A stretch of 64,000 nt of DNA from NCBI GenBank assembly GCA_963752595.1, contig CAVVYZ010000005.1, forward strand, positions 32,001-96,000, in the 5' to 3' direction. The notes beneath the pieces are model-generated. The model was given only the letters and a program-made list of their open reading frames with translations, did not search any database and had not been told where the DNA came from. Origin of the DNA: an uncultured delta proteobacterium. GTDB lineage: Bacteria; Desulfobacterota; Desulfomonilia; UBA1062. Of the stretch, positions 20,701 to 31,519 are shown in pieces. The position numbers and the translations under genes are program-made. How positions within the stretch are numbered: position 1 is the first letter of the stretch; each line of letters begins with the position of its first letter.

Positions 20701-23700
20701 CCTGCCTGTCTTAAAGACCTCATGAAATGCCGCGAAAATGACATTTGCCTTGTCCCCATCCGCCAGGTCCCGGTAATTCATGCCCACGAGCTCTTCCCTT
20801 CTGCAGGCCGTGATCCTGCATATGGCTCCGTTGCAGAAGGTAAAGGTTCCATCAAGATTCACCTCGTAATACCCCTCCTCGATGCTCTCGAGGATGGTGC
20901 GGTACTTTTCCTCGCTTTCCTTCAGGGCATGCTCGGCATGGACACGGCGTGTGACATCCCGGCCCATTCCCCGGAAACCGATGACTTCCCCAGTCTTGGA
21001 AAGAATGCGCGACACCGAGACCTCGATAAAGATCTGCTCGCCATCGTTTTTCCTGAAGAACTCCCACTGAGTGGAGCCCAGATCCTTGCCTGTCTTAAAG
21101 ACCGTGTTGAAAGTTTTAAATATGACATTGGATGTACCGCCCTTTACAAAACTGCTGTAGTTCGAACCTATGAGCTCACTACTCGTACATCCGAAAATCC
21201 GGCTCATGGAATCGTTAGAAAAGGTAATTTTTCCATCCAGGTCCACCTCGTAGTAACCCTCCTCGATACTCTCGAGGATGGTGCGATATCTCTCTTCGCT
21301 GTCCTTTAATGCGCGCTCGGCCTTTACGCGTTTCGTGACATCCCGGACAATCCCCTGGAAGCCTCTCAATTCACCGCTCTTGGTTAGGGCGCGCGACACC
21401 GAGACCTCGATAAAGATCTGCTCGCCGTCGCTTTTTCTGAAAAATTCCCATTCGGCAGACTCCACATCCTTGCCGGTCGTGAACACGTCATTAAAGGTCT
21501 TATAGATGCCGCGTGCCGTGTTATCGCCTACAAACGAACTATAGCTCATGCCGATGAGTTCTTCATACGTGCATCCGAGAATCCGGCATAGGGAATCATT
21601 GGAAAACGCGAAGTTCCCCTTGAGGTCCACTTCATAATAACCTTCTTCGATGCTCTCAAGAATGGTGCGGTACTTGAACTCGCTCTCTTTCAGCTTGTGC
21701 TCGACCTGGACCCGCTTCGTAACATCTCTGGTAATCCCTCTGAACCCCTTGCATTCACCTCCGCTTGACAATATGCGGGAGATGGAGAACTCGACGTAGA
21801 TCCTCTGTCCATCGTTCCTGATGAATTCGAATTCGACGGATTCAAGATCTTTTCCTGTATTGAAAACCGTACTGTACGTATCTGAAGCAACCTTTGCTTT
21901 ATCTTCATCCGTGAAACGGCTGAAATTCGACCCGATGAGTTCCTGCATGGGGACCTGGGTGATCCTGCAAAGGGAATCGTTTGCAAAGGTGAAGTTTCCC
22001 GTGAGATCTACTTCATAATACCCTTCTTCGATGCTCTCGAGAATGGACCGGTACTTCTCCTCGCTCTTTTTGAGCTGCCTCTGTACCTGGATGCGGTCGG
22101 TCACATCCCGAGCAGACCCCTGCACCCCTGTAGGCACGCCGTTCTTGGAAACGAGGAGGTTTTTGTATTCCAGGATGTGCTCTTTCCCATCATTCGTAAA
22201 AATTACCGTGAGCAGGCCTTCATCCAGATTTTTTTCCTTGATGCGCTTCAGGTATTCGCCGAAGAACGGCTTGTGCCGTTCCGGGATCAGGTCAATGAGG
22301 TTCATGCGGCGGGTCATCTTTTCCCGATAGCCCCATGCATTCTTGGACTGCTCGTTCGTTTCTTCGAAATCAAAATTCCCGTCAAGGTCGTGGAAGTAGA
22401 GAAAATCCGATACATTGTTGAAGATATTCCGGTAGCGCTGCTCGCTTTCTATGAGGGCATGCTCGGACTGGATCCGGTGGGTGACATCCCGGATCATCCC
22501 GCGGAACCCTATACACCCACCATCCTTGCTCAGGATGCGGGAGATCGATCCCTCAATATAGATTTTGCGGCCGTCTCTTTTCCTGATAAACTCCCACTCG
22601 GCCATCGGCTTGTCTTTCTGCGACTCGAATACCTCATGAAAGGTGTTGGAGATCTCCTTCACTAACCCATCATCCATGAATGAGGCATAGTTCGTGCCTA
22701 ACAGTTCCGTGCTGGTGGTCCCTAAGATCCGGAACAGGGAATCATTGCCGAAGGTGAATCTGCCCTTGAGATCTATCTCATAATAGCCTTCCTCAATACT
22801 CTCAAGGATAGTCCGGTACTTCTCTTCGCTCTTCTTGAGCTGCTTTTCGGCATGCAGACGATCCGTGATATCACGGGCAGAACCGCGTACACCGACCGGA
22901 TTGCCTTCCTTATCATATGTCAGGGTATTCCTGTATTCGAGGATACGTTCTGCTCCATCTTTATCAATAATGCATAAGGGTCCCTCATCCTGCCCTTTCT
23001 GTATTATTACCTCCAAGTATTGATCCAACTGGCCACGAAAGCGCTCGGGCATGATATCGCGAAGATTCGTCCTGCCCTGGCTGTCCCTCATGTCTTTCCA
23101 GTTATCCCTGACCGTGTTGTTGCATTCATCATATCTGAAGTAGCCTTCCAGATCGTGGAAGTAGAGATAGTCGGATACATTGTTGAAGATATCCCGGTAG
23201 CGCTGCTCGCTCCGTTTGAGCTGTATTTTCCCCTTAATCCGGTCCGTGATGTCGCTGGCGATCCCCCGTACACCCGCCGGGACGCCGTCCTCGCAAATGA
23301 GAGAATTCCGGTATTCAAGGATACGTTCGCTGCCATCGGTATTGATGACAGAGATAAGCCCTTTGTCTTTGCCTTTCTCTTTAATCCTCTTAAGATATTC
23401 AGAGAACAGGGGCTTATATTTATCGGGCATGAAATCCTTGATATTGCTGTAACGGTTTTCTTCGCCCCTGTAGCCCCACGACTGCTTCATCATATCATTG
23501 GTTTCTTCGAAATCGAAGTTTCCTTCAAGGTCATGGGTAAAGACATAGTCCGAGATGCTGTCGAAAAGGTCGCGGTACTTTTCCTCACTTTTTACGAGGG
23601 CCTCTGTGGCATTGAATCGCTCGGTAATATCCCGGGCAAGCCCACGGGCGCCCATCGGGCCGTTTTCACCGGAAATGAGGAAGGACTTGTATTCAAATAT

Positions 23701-24626
23701 CCGCTCGCCGCCGTTAATGCTCAAGAGCCTGATGATGCCTTCGGCTTTACCTTCTGCCCTGACCCTCTTTACATACTCATCGAATTCACCGCGCACCCTT
23801 GCAGGGATGAGGTCTTTGAGGTTCAGCCGGAGAAGGTCTTTCTCGGTGTAGCCTTCCACCTCCTCATCCACCAGCTTCATCTCTTTGATGAAGCCTTCCA
23901 TGTCATGAAAAAACATGAAGTCGGACGTGTTCTCGAATACGAAGCGGTACTTATCCTCCAGATCTCTGATCTCCCGACTGAATCCCTCTCCCCTCACCAG
24001 CCCTTCCAGACATCCTTTCACTGCCCCGTGCATCAAGCCCTGAACATCTGCCTCCCCTCCGGGAACGAAATTAGTATTATCTATGAGCCTTTCCCCTATG
24101 ATCACGAGGGGATAGATCGAAAGGGATTCCATCAGAACATTTGGAGGAGTCTTCTTCATACATAGAGACACAAGATAATGCATGATTCCGCCCTGTTCAG
24201 CGAAAGTAGCTTGCCCATGAAGGACTTGAAAGATCCATGGGAAAGGAATTGTGCCGGAAGGCTGCTGATATCGAGACAGATGCGCACTCCTTTCCATACG
24301 CTCCCCAGGACCTTGTTTACTTCCGAGCTGAGAAACGAGATGAAGGAATCTCCATCGGCAGGGATGTCTTTGTTTGCAAAGCGGGAAAAGCCGGTAATGT
24401 TGGAGGCTGCCTGGTTGATTTCCCCATGTGCGCTTGATTCGGGAATATCTTGTGACTCATGCCCGTTGACAAAGGTGATGAGCTTGTGGCCTTTTTGCAG
24501 GGCATTCGCTGCAAAGCCCTCGATTACGCTTTTGCATTCGTCGTCGCTCGCATAGTAGCATCCAAGATAATCCCCGACCCTTACATGTTTCAGCTCCGAG
24601 GTAATCTGTTTGTAACTCTCGGACAT
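17728..24626 (-). CDS. Giant hybrid sensor histidine kinase: MEDS + 11 PAS + HisKA/HATPase + 2 REC + Hpt (one indel near 24160)
   Basis: ORF 24156-24626 (MEDS-like, ending ILCLY) joins ORF 17728-24297. Motifs FLANMSHEIRTPLNG, GDPGRLRQ, DTGIGI, GGTGLGL, two receivers and AHSIKGGAAN. Confidence 0.9.
21007..21426. repeat. Intragenic PAS-domain duplication: identical 36-nt blocks 384 nt apart
   Basis: GCGCGACACCGAGACCTCGATAAAGATCTGCTCGCC occurs at 21007-21042 and 21391-21426. Confidence 0.85.
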
Positions 24627-25059
24627 ATGGCCTCACCTCTCTGCCGGGTATGACTTCCCATAAGGCAGCTTGCAGGGTAAATACCGCCGGTTTGCTCGGA
24701 TTCATTCTGATGGAAGGGATGGAATCTGTACGTCCTGCCGTTCATCATCGCCGTCAGGCCGCATATCGTGCTTGATCTTCCTACGTGCTTCCTCTTGGAC
24801 GATACTATCCCCGCCCTCATCAAAGCAATACCCCCGCACACCTTATCTGTCTCTTCATACCATCGGGTTTTTTGAGGAAATTAATTAAGGTAATATTATG
24901 GAATCAGCAGACAGGTATCTATCATGCGGGAAATGGATAAACAGGAAAAGAGCTTTCTCCGGTAAAAAGATGTCCTTCCTTGAGAAACAGGAATCGATAC
25001 TATTGGATCCTTTTGTCCATTATCCTTCGCCACACAGAAAATGCCGGGTTGAGGAAGGG

Positions 25060-25791
25060 CTATCTCTTGTACTTGGTAAAGGTAATGGCCTTCTTCATCG
25101 ATTCGGTAAATAGCTTCTTGGACCTTTCCTGACCATCAGGGGTAATATCGCCTTTTATCCACTCCCTGCAGGAAGACGAGTCGTCGATATCCATGAGATC
25201 TTCGAAATAATACACGCACAGCCGGGTGTCGTTTCCTGCTCCCGCCCTTATTCCAAAGGCCTCGACCATGAAGCACTTGGGAATGACGAACCCGCTATAG
25301 GCCAATTTATCGCCCCGCATCACGGGTTTGACGTTCTTCATGCCTTCTTTGATGACATAATCCATTTCATCATTGGTGAAAATATCCGAACGTACCGCCA
25401 TAAAATGCTCATACCGGTCCATGTTGATATCTTCATAATCGGAGACCAGCTTGTTCTTCACATCTGCGAACATATCCGTGTCCCAGTAGCTCTTGCTTAT
25501 CTTGTCCACCCTGATGATGACGCCTTTTCTGAGAACATTGTCATCGCCTACCTCTGCAAAGAGGTAGGAATTGTAGCTCACGAGGAGCCCGCGTGCCCCG
25601 TGAACACTCTGATGGTGACTTGACGTGCTGACCTGACCGATATACCGGAATTGAGGGTTTATCCGGATCTGCACCTTCGGGTCTGCCATTGAGGTAAAGG
25701 TGTTGTTTTCCACCTTCCTCTCAAAGGTTATGGCGGAGCAGCCGGAGAATACCACGAAGCTCACAGCCAGTATTCCGAACCATTTTTTCAT
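25060..25791 (-). CDS. Hypothetical lipoprotein
   Basis: MKKWFGILAVSFVVFSGC lipoprotein signal. Confidence 0.7.
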   Translation of the reverse strand: MKKWFGILAVSFVVFSGCSAITFERKVENNTFTSMADPKVQIRINPQFRYIGQVSTSSHHQSVHGARGLLVSYNSYLFAEVGDDNVLRKGVIIRVDKISKSYWDTDMFADVKNKLVSDYEDINMDRYEHFMAVRSDIFTNDEMDYVIKEGMKNVKPVMRGDKLAYSGFVIPKCFMVEAFGIRAGAGNDTRLCVYYFEDLMDIDDSSSCREWIKGDITPDGQERSKKLFTESMKKAITFTKYKR

Positions 25792-25953
25792 GTCTTACCC
25801 CCTGCACCCGTACAAACATCACACATCATGATGGAAGTATGGTCCTATATCATTTACAATCGACTGAAATCATATCACAGTTTATACATTTTCACCAGGA
25901 GCGTTAATTGCACTCTGTTTTATCCCCCCCGATTACTCTTCATCTTATGAGTA

Positions 25954-27447
25954 CTACCGTGCTTCCAGCACCTCGATCCTGAGCTTGCCCATCACGTTCA
26001 CAATGGGTACCAGGGATTGCATTGTTTCGCCTTCCACGAACTTGATATGCGTTGCATCCGCCGGCATCTGGCTCATCGTGGGATCTACGGCCACCCAGCT
26101 TCCCTGCACGAAGCTCTCGGCCCATGCGTGGTAGAGAAAGCCTTTGAAGTCACTGGAATAAACGATGCCGTTTGCAATGCGTGTCGGGATTCCCAGACTG
26201 CGCGCAAATGCGGCATAGAGATAGGCATGTCCCTGGCATTCGGCTTTCTTCCGGGAGAGAACGTCAAGCGCGGTGAAGGCATCCACAGGTTCCTGCTCGA
26301 TATTTTCCCTGATCCATTTCAACAGAGCATGGATCTGTTCTTCCCGGGTGGATGCCGCACGGACGATCTGCCCGGCAATCGTACGGATCTCGACGTTATT
26401 GCCGGGCACGGTGTAGCTCGGTTTGAGATACATCCCGGGCAAGGCTCCTTCCTCCTGCGGATTCCGTGATTTTTCTTTCACTCCCGAAACCACGCGGCAG
26501 AAGATCCTCTCGCCCCTCCTCTCGATTTCCTGGCGATCTCCCGAGGGCAGTGTCATATCGCCCGGGAACCCATCGATGTATACTTCGAGAAAGGTCGTTG
26601 CCGGCGGATCAGGTATGGATCGAGCGACCTTGATGAGGCTGAACGCAAGAAGGCTCTCGTCTTTATTGAGGCTCGATTCCACAAGATAGCGTCTGGCCTC
26701 CTGCTCGCTCTCCAGACCTGATACGAATGCCCCGCCCATCGCTGTCTCAAGCAGCGGCAGGCCTTTTCCGTCGATCCAGGAGGTCACCTCCTGCCCCTGG
26801 TAGCCCGTTTTCATCTTGAATGCCTCCCCACTGAACAGATCGCTCCGTTGATACGCGAGGATCTCCTGGCTAACGCCGGTTATACATTGAGACTCGCCGT
26901 CATAGATCTGATATTCATACTTTTCCCCTACTCCCAGACCTTTGAGAAGCGGATAGAGGTACAGGACGCTCCCGGGGTAGAGCCTGGCCGGTGCTTTGAT
27001 CGCATCTTCAGTGTTCACCCCTCTGGAGGATCTGACGACCTTGAGTTTCCCTTCTTTGACCTCACCGGTGAGCCCGAGCCTGTTGCCGTCTATCTCATAC
27101 TCATAGGTAAAACGGAGGAGACATAAATCCCTGTCCACCAGGTCGTAGGAGGTAAGCGAGACGCTTTTATCCATCATGAGGAAGCGAAAGTGGAAGAATG
27201 CCTGGCTCCGGACCTCGAAGAGATCTTTTTCCTTCGCCGACGGCGTGATGACGAAGTGAGTGAATCCGATCTTGCTGCCGTTGAATACGACACCTGTCCA
27301 ATATTCGTTTGCCGGGAGCTTATCGAGCTCGTAGTGAGGAGGATCGTTCAAGGGAATATCCACGTCATGGAAGTGCCGGCCGGCGCACCCGTTCAAGAGA
27401 AGCATAATGCATGCCGCAGCCCACAGGTAGCTCACACTTCGGTACAT
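25954..27447 (-). CDS. Transglutaminase-like domain lipoprotein
   Basis: LLLNGC lipobox. Cys-His-Asp triad in AECQGHA..ARSLGIPTR..YHAWAE..WVAVDPT. Confidence 0.85.
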   Translation of the reverse strand: MYRSVSYLWAAACIMLLLNGCAGRHFHDVDIPLNDPPHYELDKLPANEYWTGVVFNGSKIGFTHFVITPSAKEKDLFEVRSQAFFHFRFLMMDKSVSLTSYDLVDRDLCLLRFTYEYEIDGNRLGLTGEVKEGKLKVVRSSRGVNTEDAIKAPARLYPGSVLYLYPLLKGLGVGEKYEYQIYDGESQCITGVSQEILAYQRSDLFSGEAFKMKTGYQGQEVTSWIDGKGLPLLETAMGGAFVSGLESEQEARRYLVESSLNKDESLLAFSLIKVARSIPDPPATTFLEVYIDGFPGDMTLPSGDRQEIERRGERIFCRVVSGVKEKSRNPQEEGALPGMYLKPSYTVPGNNVEIRTIAGQIVRAASTREEQIHALLKWIRENIEQEPVDAFTALDVLSRKKAECQGHAYLYAAFARSLGIPTRIANGIVYSSDFKGFLYHAWAESFVQGSWVAVDPTMSQMPADATHIKFVEGETMQSLVPIVNVMGKLRIEVLEAR

Positions 27448-27560
27448 ACTCCCTCCTCGATATCGATAAAAAAAGTATCCTACCATACCTTGGAGGTTAT
27501 AGGGAGTACCTGAGAGATCGAAGCGGGTACTTTAAGGGGAAAGAGGTTCCATGCAAGGCA

Positions 27561-28265
27561 TCAGGAACCCTGTCTCAGATAACCCTTCCGCATGATGTCT
27601 CCCGCTTTCTTTCCACAGTTGAAAAGGAGGTCATAGATTGAGAGGTTGGAGATAAAATCACCCCAGAGCTGAGGATAGACGAGAACCGGAGGGTTTATGA
27701 AGGAGATGGCGATCCCGGCCTCATGGAACAGGCCTTCATCGAGGTATTTGCGGGCAGAAGAAAAGGCCAGAAATCCGGATGCCCCGAGGTCGCGGCAGAT
27801 TGCGACGAGGAGGCCGGTCCCGGACTCACGGATGCCCAGGTCGGAAAGGAGCACGAGCCGGGCCGGAATATCGAGACAGCCCATGACATGGGCTATCATG
27901 TCCGAATCGATGTCCCTGATCGTCTCGTTTTTTTCGGCAAATGCCCTTTGAAAGGGGGGAAGATGGTCTTCGAGGTAGGGCGCATGGGCATATGCAGTCC
28001 TTATGCTTTCGATGTGCTTTCTCTTCCAGCTTCCCTCGTTGCACACCCTTACCTCGTCTATCTTCTGAAGACCTCTGCCCTTCTTCCACACGGGCACAGC
28101 CATCCAGAAAGCACCGGAATCGTTTTTAAACCGGTTGCGGGTGATCCATGAACCGCCCCTGGGGAACTGGACAGAATCGAGGATAACGAAGACCTCGGAA
28201 TTCATGGCCTTCGCGAAATACCCGGGATAGGGGCAGAAATAAGGCTGGTGCGCGCTTATTATCAT
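27561..28265 (-). CDS. WbqC family protein
   Basis: HQPYFCPYPGYF, FVILDSVQF, WITRNR and YPQLWGDFISNLSIYDLLFNCG. Confidence 0.9.
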   Translation of the reverse strand: MIISAHQPYFCPYPGYFAKAMNSEVFVILDSVQFPRGGSWITRNRFKNDSGAFWMAVPVWKKGRGLQKIDEVRVCNEGSWKRKHIESIRTAYAHAPYLEDHLPPFQRAFAEKNETIRDIDSDMIAHVMGCLDIPARLVLLSDLGIRESGTGLLVAICRDLGASGFLAFSSARKYLDEGLFHEAGIAISFINPPVLVYPQLWGDFISNLSIYDLLFNCGKKAGDIMRKGYLRQGS

Positions 28266-28304
28266 ATGGGCGGAATAATAAGCGGCATGGAGCGAAAAAC
28301 AATT

Positions 28305-28802
28305 CTAGAGATCGTAGAGGGTAGCGTCCACCTGTGGTTTCGGCTTCTTCCCGGCCGATGCGGATTTCTGTTCGAAAAGGAAAGGATCTTCGCCTTCCAG
28401 CAGATCGCCCATCTCCTGCTCGATCCTGTCCGGGTCATCGCCCCTCTCCATGCGGCTCAAGGCCTCTTCCATGCCGGACCCCATCCTCAAGCCGGTTGCC
28501 TCGGAGAGCTTGCGCATGAGGCGGGCTGCCTGCCGCGGGTCGTCCTCGTTGATCTTGCCTGCTTCGGATGCCAGCATGGCAAAAGCCTTTTCCATCTTCG
28601 ACTCGTCCATGGGAGGCATACCGTCTTCCCCATCGCCTTCGCTTTTGCTTTTACCGGTAATGGCTGCGAACAGGGAAACCTTCCGTCTTAAGGCAGTATC
28701 TTTGCACTTTGGGCAACTCGGGACCTTCTCGGTATTCACCGATTTGGAGAAAAAGTTATAGATCGTATTGCAGTTCCCGCAGTAGAATTCATAGATCGGC
28801 AT
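28305..28802 (-). CDS. FmdB-family zinc-ribbon protein
   Basis: MPIYEFYCGNC..CPKC followed by an acidic helical tail. Confidence 0.85.
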   Translation of the reverse strand: MPIYEFYCGNCNTIYNFFSKSVNTEKVPSCPKCKDTALRRKVSLFAAITGKSKSEGDGEDGMPPMDESKMEKAFAMLASEAGKINEDDPRQAARLMRKLSEATGLRMGSGMEEALSRMERGDDPDRIEQEMGDLLEGEDPFLFEQKSASAGKKPKPQVDATLYDL

Positions 28803-28926
28803 GGCACATCCTCTTTAATCTTTTCTCTGGCATATATATGGTCAAAACGGCACCCGAAATCAAGAGGGTATTTCCTGAAGAAAAAGATCATGCTACGATG
28901 GGGAAAACCTGCTTTGGGAGAAGCGT

Positions 28927-29346
28927 ATGACAAAAGACGAGATCCTTCAGTTCATCAATGCAAACCCCGCATGCTGCCTTGCCACCGTCGAAGATGATCG
29001 CCCGAGGGTCCGCGGGATGCTCATGTACCGGGCAGACGAAACCGGCATCCTGTTCCATACGGGCGAATTCAAGGATCTCTTCCGTCAGATACAGAAGAAC
29101 CCGCACGCCGAAGCCTGTTTTACCAGCCCTGACGGCGGCATTCAGGTCCGGGTGAGCGGCACTGTCCGGATCATCGAGGACCTGGACCTGAAAAAGGAAA
29201 TCGTAGCCGCCAGAGAGTTTCTCCAGATGTGGGTATACGAAAACGGTTATGATACGCTCAAGGTCTTCCGTTTATCGGACTGCACAGCCACGGTCTGGAC
29301 CTTTGAGACGAACTTCATGCCCAAGGAATATATGGAGCTTACATGA
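28927..29346 (+). CDS. Pyridoxamine 5'-phosphate oxidase-like FMN-binding protein
   Basis: LATVEDDRPRVR, FHTGEFKDLFRQIQKNP and QVRVSG. Confidence 0.82.
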   Translation: MTKDEILQFINANPACCLATVEDDRPRVRGMLMYRADETGILFHTGEFKDLFRQIQKNPHAEACFTSPDGGIQVRVSGTVRIIEDLDLKKEIVAAREFLQMWVYENGYDTLKVFRLSDCTATVWTFETNFMPKEYMELT

Positions 29347-29755
29347 CCGACATGATCTTGGTCAGCTTGGTGAGCTTGATGGGGTGGGAGAGCATGCCCT
29401 CCACCTTGAGCTCGCCGCTCAAGATCTGTTTCAGCACGGTCATACCGGTCTCATCGAAGTAGTACGGCAGGCCGAACTTGATGCTGATGGAATTAAGCCC
29501 GATGATCTTGTCCGAATCGGTCCTTATGACGAGGTCCGGCTTTCCTACGATGCCTTGTTCGATCGTGGCTCTGCCGCCCTTGAAGATAATCGTTACCGTG
29601 GCTTCGATATCCTTGAGGTCTATGGCCACGATACTGTAAAGGCTCTGAAACGTCTTGAGCTTGGCAGGGTTCTGCTTGAGGTTTGATTCCAGCAGCTCGC
29701 CCAGGACAAAGGAAAATGGGACCTCCCCTGCATTGTTCTCAACGATGTCGCACAT
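29339..29755 (-). CDS. SCP2 (sterol-carrier)-like protein
   Basis: VTIIFKGGRATIEQG..PDLVI..ILSGELKVEG pattern. Confidence 0.6.
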   Translation of the reverse strand: MCDIVENNAGEVPFSFVLGELLESNLKQNPAKLKTFQSLYSIVAIDLKDIEATVTIIFKGGRATIEQGIVGKPDLVIRTDSDKIIGLNSISIKFGLPYYFDETGMTVLKQILSGELKVEGMLSHPIKLTKLTKIMSVM

Positions 29756-29770
29756 ATTATACTCCTTTGT

Positions 29771-29813
29771 AAAAAAACGGCAGGGGAGGACAAGGGCACC
29801 CTATCCCCCTGCC
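29771..29813 (-). terminator. Intrinsic terminator after adh
   Basis: GGCAGGGG/CCCCTGCC stem followed by a T-run on the minus strand. Confidence 0.6.
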
Positions 29814-29822
29814 TTGGGGTTA

Positions 29823-30986
29823 TTAAAACGTCTTCTGAAAGATGCCGAGCACCTCAGAAGAGTCCATAACGAGTCTCGGGTTGTTTACGATCGACCCGTC
29901 CGAGAGGCTCATATCCGCAGCTTTTTCGAGATCCGCTATCTTCACGCTGAACTCGGAGAGCTTCTGGGGATGAGCTATCTTCCGGGTGAAGTCCCTTATG
30001 CCGCGGATGGCAGCATGTGCCGCATCCAGGTCATCCATGCCTTTTTCGCGCACTCCGATGGCTTCAGCGACCATGGCATATCCGTCGGCTGATTCCTCAA
30101 GGTTGAATTCCATACAATCGGCCAGGAGGATCCCGTTGGCGACGCCGTGCGGGACATGGGCTACGGCGCCGATGGAATGGGCCATGGCGTGCACGATACC
30201 GACCATGGCATTCCCGAATGCCCAGCCGGCGATGGTGGCTGCTATCTGGACCTGACCCCGTGCATGGAGGTCTGAGCCGTTCTCCACGCAAACCGGAAGA
30301 AACTTGTACAGCAGCCGTATTGCGTGGAGCGCCAGTGCGTCCGTTATGGGCTCGCGCGGGATGGAGTGGATGGCCTCGACCGCATGGGTCATGGCATCCA
30401 TCCCGGTGCTTGCAGTGAGAAGGCGCGGGAGCTTTTCCGTCATTTTGGGATCGAGGATCGCGAGCCGCGGGATATTGTTATTTTCCACCAGAAGGCGTTT
30501 CTGGCCCATCTCTTTATCCATGATCACCGCTACATTCGTCACCTCGCTTCCGGTTCCTGCAGTCGTAGGGATTACGATATGAGGCATCTGAGGCCGGCTC
30601 AGGAGCTGCACGCCGTTATAATCCCGCAACGTTCCGCCCTCGGTCATGAGGATGCACATGCCCTTGGCAGTATCGATGACGCTGCCGCCGCCTACGCTGA
30701 TCACGATATCGGCGCCGTTCTTCCCGGCGAACTCGGCCCCTGCATTAACCACCTCCACACCCGTATCCTGAGGTATGTCGCTGAAGACACCCACACACTT
30801 ATTCCCCAGTGTTTTGACAACGGGATCCACGAGCCCGGCATTGATGATGCCCTTGTCGGCCACCACCACGGCTTTTGTGCCGCCGAGTGATCCCATCTCC
30901 ATCTCGACATCTCTCGATGACCCTACCCCGAAGACGATCTTGGTCGGGCCGAAATAATTGAATGATAAATCCGCATCGTATCCCAT
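29823..30986 (-). CDS. Iron-containing alcohol dehydrogenase
   Basis: VGGGSVIDTAK, IPTTAGTGSEVT, DAMTHAVEA, VHAMAH and PHGVANG. Confidence 0.92.
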   Translation of the reverse strand: MGYDADLSFNYFGPTKIVFGVGSSRDVEMEMGSLGGTKAVVVADKGIINAGLVDPVVKTLGNKCVGVFSDIPQDTGVEVVNAGAEFAGKNGADIVISVGGGSVIDTAKGMCILMTEGGTLRDYNGVQLLSRPQMPHIVIPTTAGTGSEVTNVAVIMDKEMGQKRLLVENNNIPRLAILDPKMTEKLPRLLTASTGMDAMTHAVEAIHSIPREPITDALALHAIRLLYKFLPVCVENGSDLHARGQVQIAATIAGWAFGNAMVGIVHAMAHSIGAVAHVPHGVANGILLADCMEFNLEESADGYAMVAEAIGVREKGMDDLDAAHAAIRGIRDFTRKIAHPQKLSEFSVKIADLEKAADMSLSDGSIVNNPRLVMDSSEVLGIFQKTF

Positions 30987-31041
30987 GAGCTTTCTCCTTA
31001 CTTCGGAGGCCCTTCAAACATCCGGTCCTTAGCACTTACGA

Positions 31042-31494
31042 TCAGCCGATCCATGTAAAGTGAACCTTATCCTTCACGTCATCAGGCCATTCGGTGTCCA
31101 CTTTGCCCAGGATATCGATGACCTTGTTGACCGTCTTGATATTTCTCACCACATAGGGCAGATCGCCCTTCATCTTGAGCTTGCCCTGGAGCAGTCCCTT
31201 GGTGGCATCGAGCTCCTTGAACGCAACCTGCTTCCAGCGCATATAATCTCCGGTCATGACGAACTTGGCACTCTCGGCCTTCTCTTTGTCGCAGACGGCG
31301 AATTCGCCCACGTCGCCGTGCCAGTAGTCCATGTAGACATAGACAGGATCGGGTACGTTCTTCGAAGGATCCGGGTTGCAGATGAGGGAGACGCTCCCTT
31401 CCCAGTCCTTTGCAATCCCCTTGTACTCCGGATCAGCCTGGATAGCAGCCTTATATGCATCCATCCATTCCTGTGTCAGTGCACGCTTACCCAT
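31042..31494 (-). CDS. SCP2 sterol-binding domain protein
   Basis: TQEW..YK..WEG, MDYWHG and WKQV..ELDATKGLLQGKLKMKGDL. Confidence 0.8.
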   Translation of the reverse strand: MGKRALTQEWMDAYKAAIQADPEYKGIAKDWEGSVSLICNPDPSKNVPDPVYVYMDYWHGDVGEFAVCDKEKAESAKFVMTGDYMRWKQVAFKELDATKGLLQGKLKMKGDLPYVVRNIKTVNKVIDILGKVDTEWPDDVKDKVHFTWIG

Positions 31495-31519
31495 ATCGTT
31501 ACCTCCTGATTCATATTTT

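Noticed and set aside
19780-23960. Periodic repeats as a CRISPR array or DGR template
   Set aside because: The ~380-nt period is in frame with PAS domains, there are no unique spacers, and no cas or reverse transcriptase genes are in the window.
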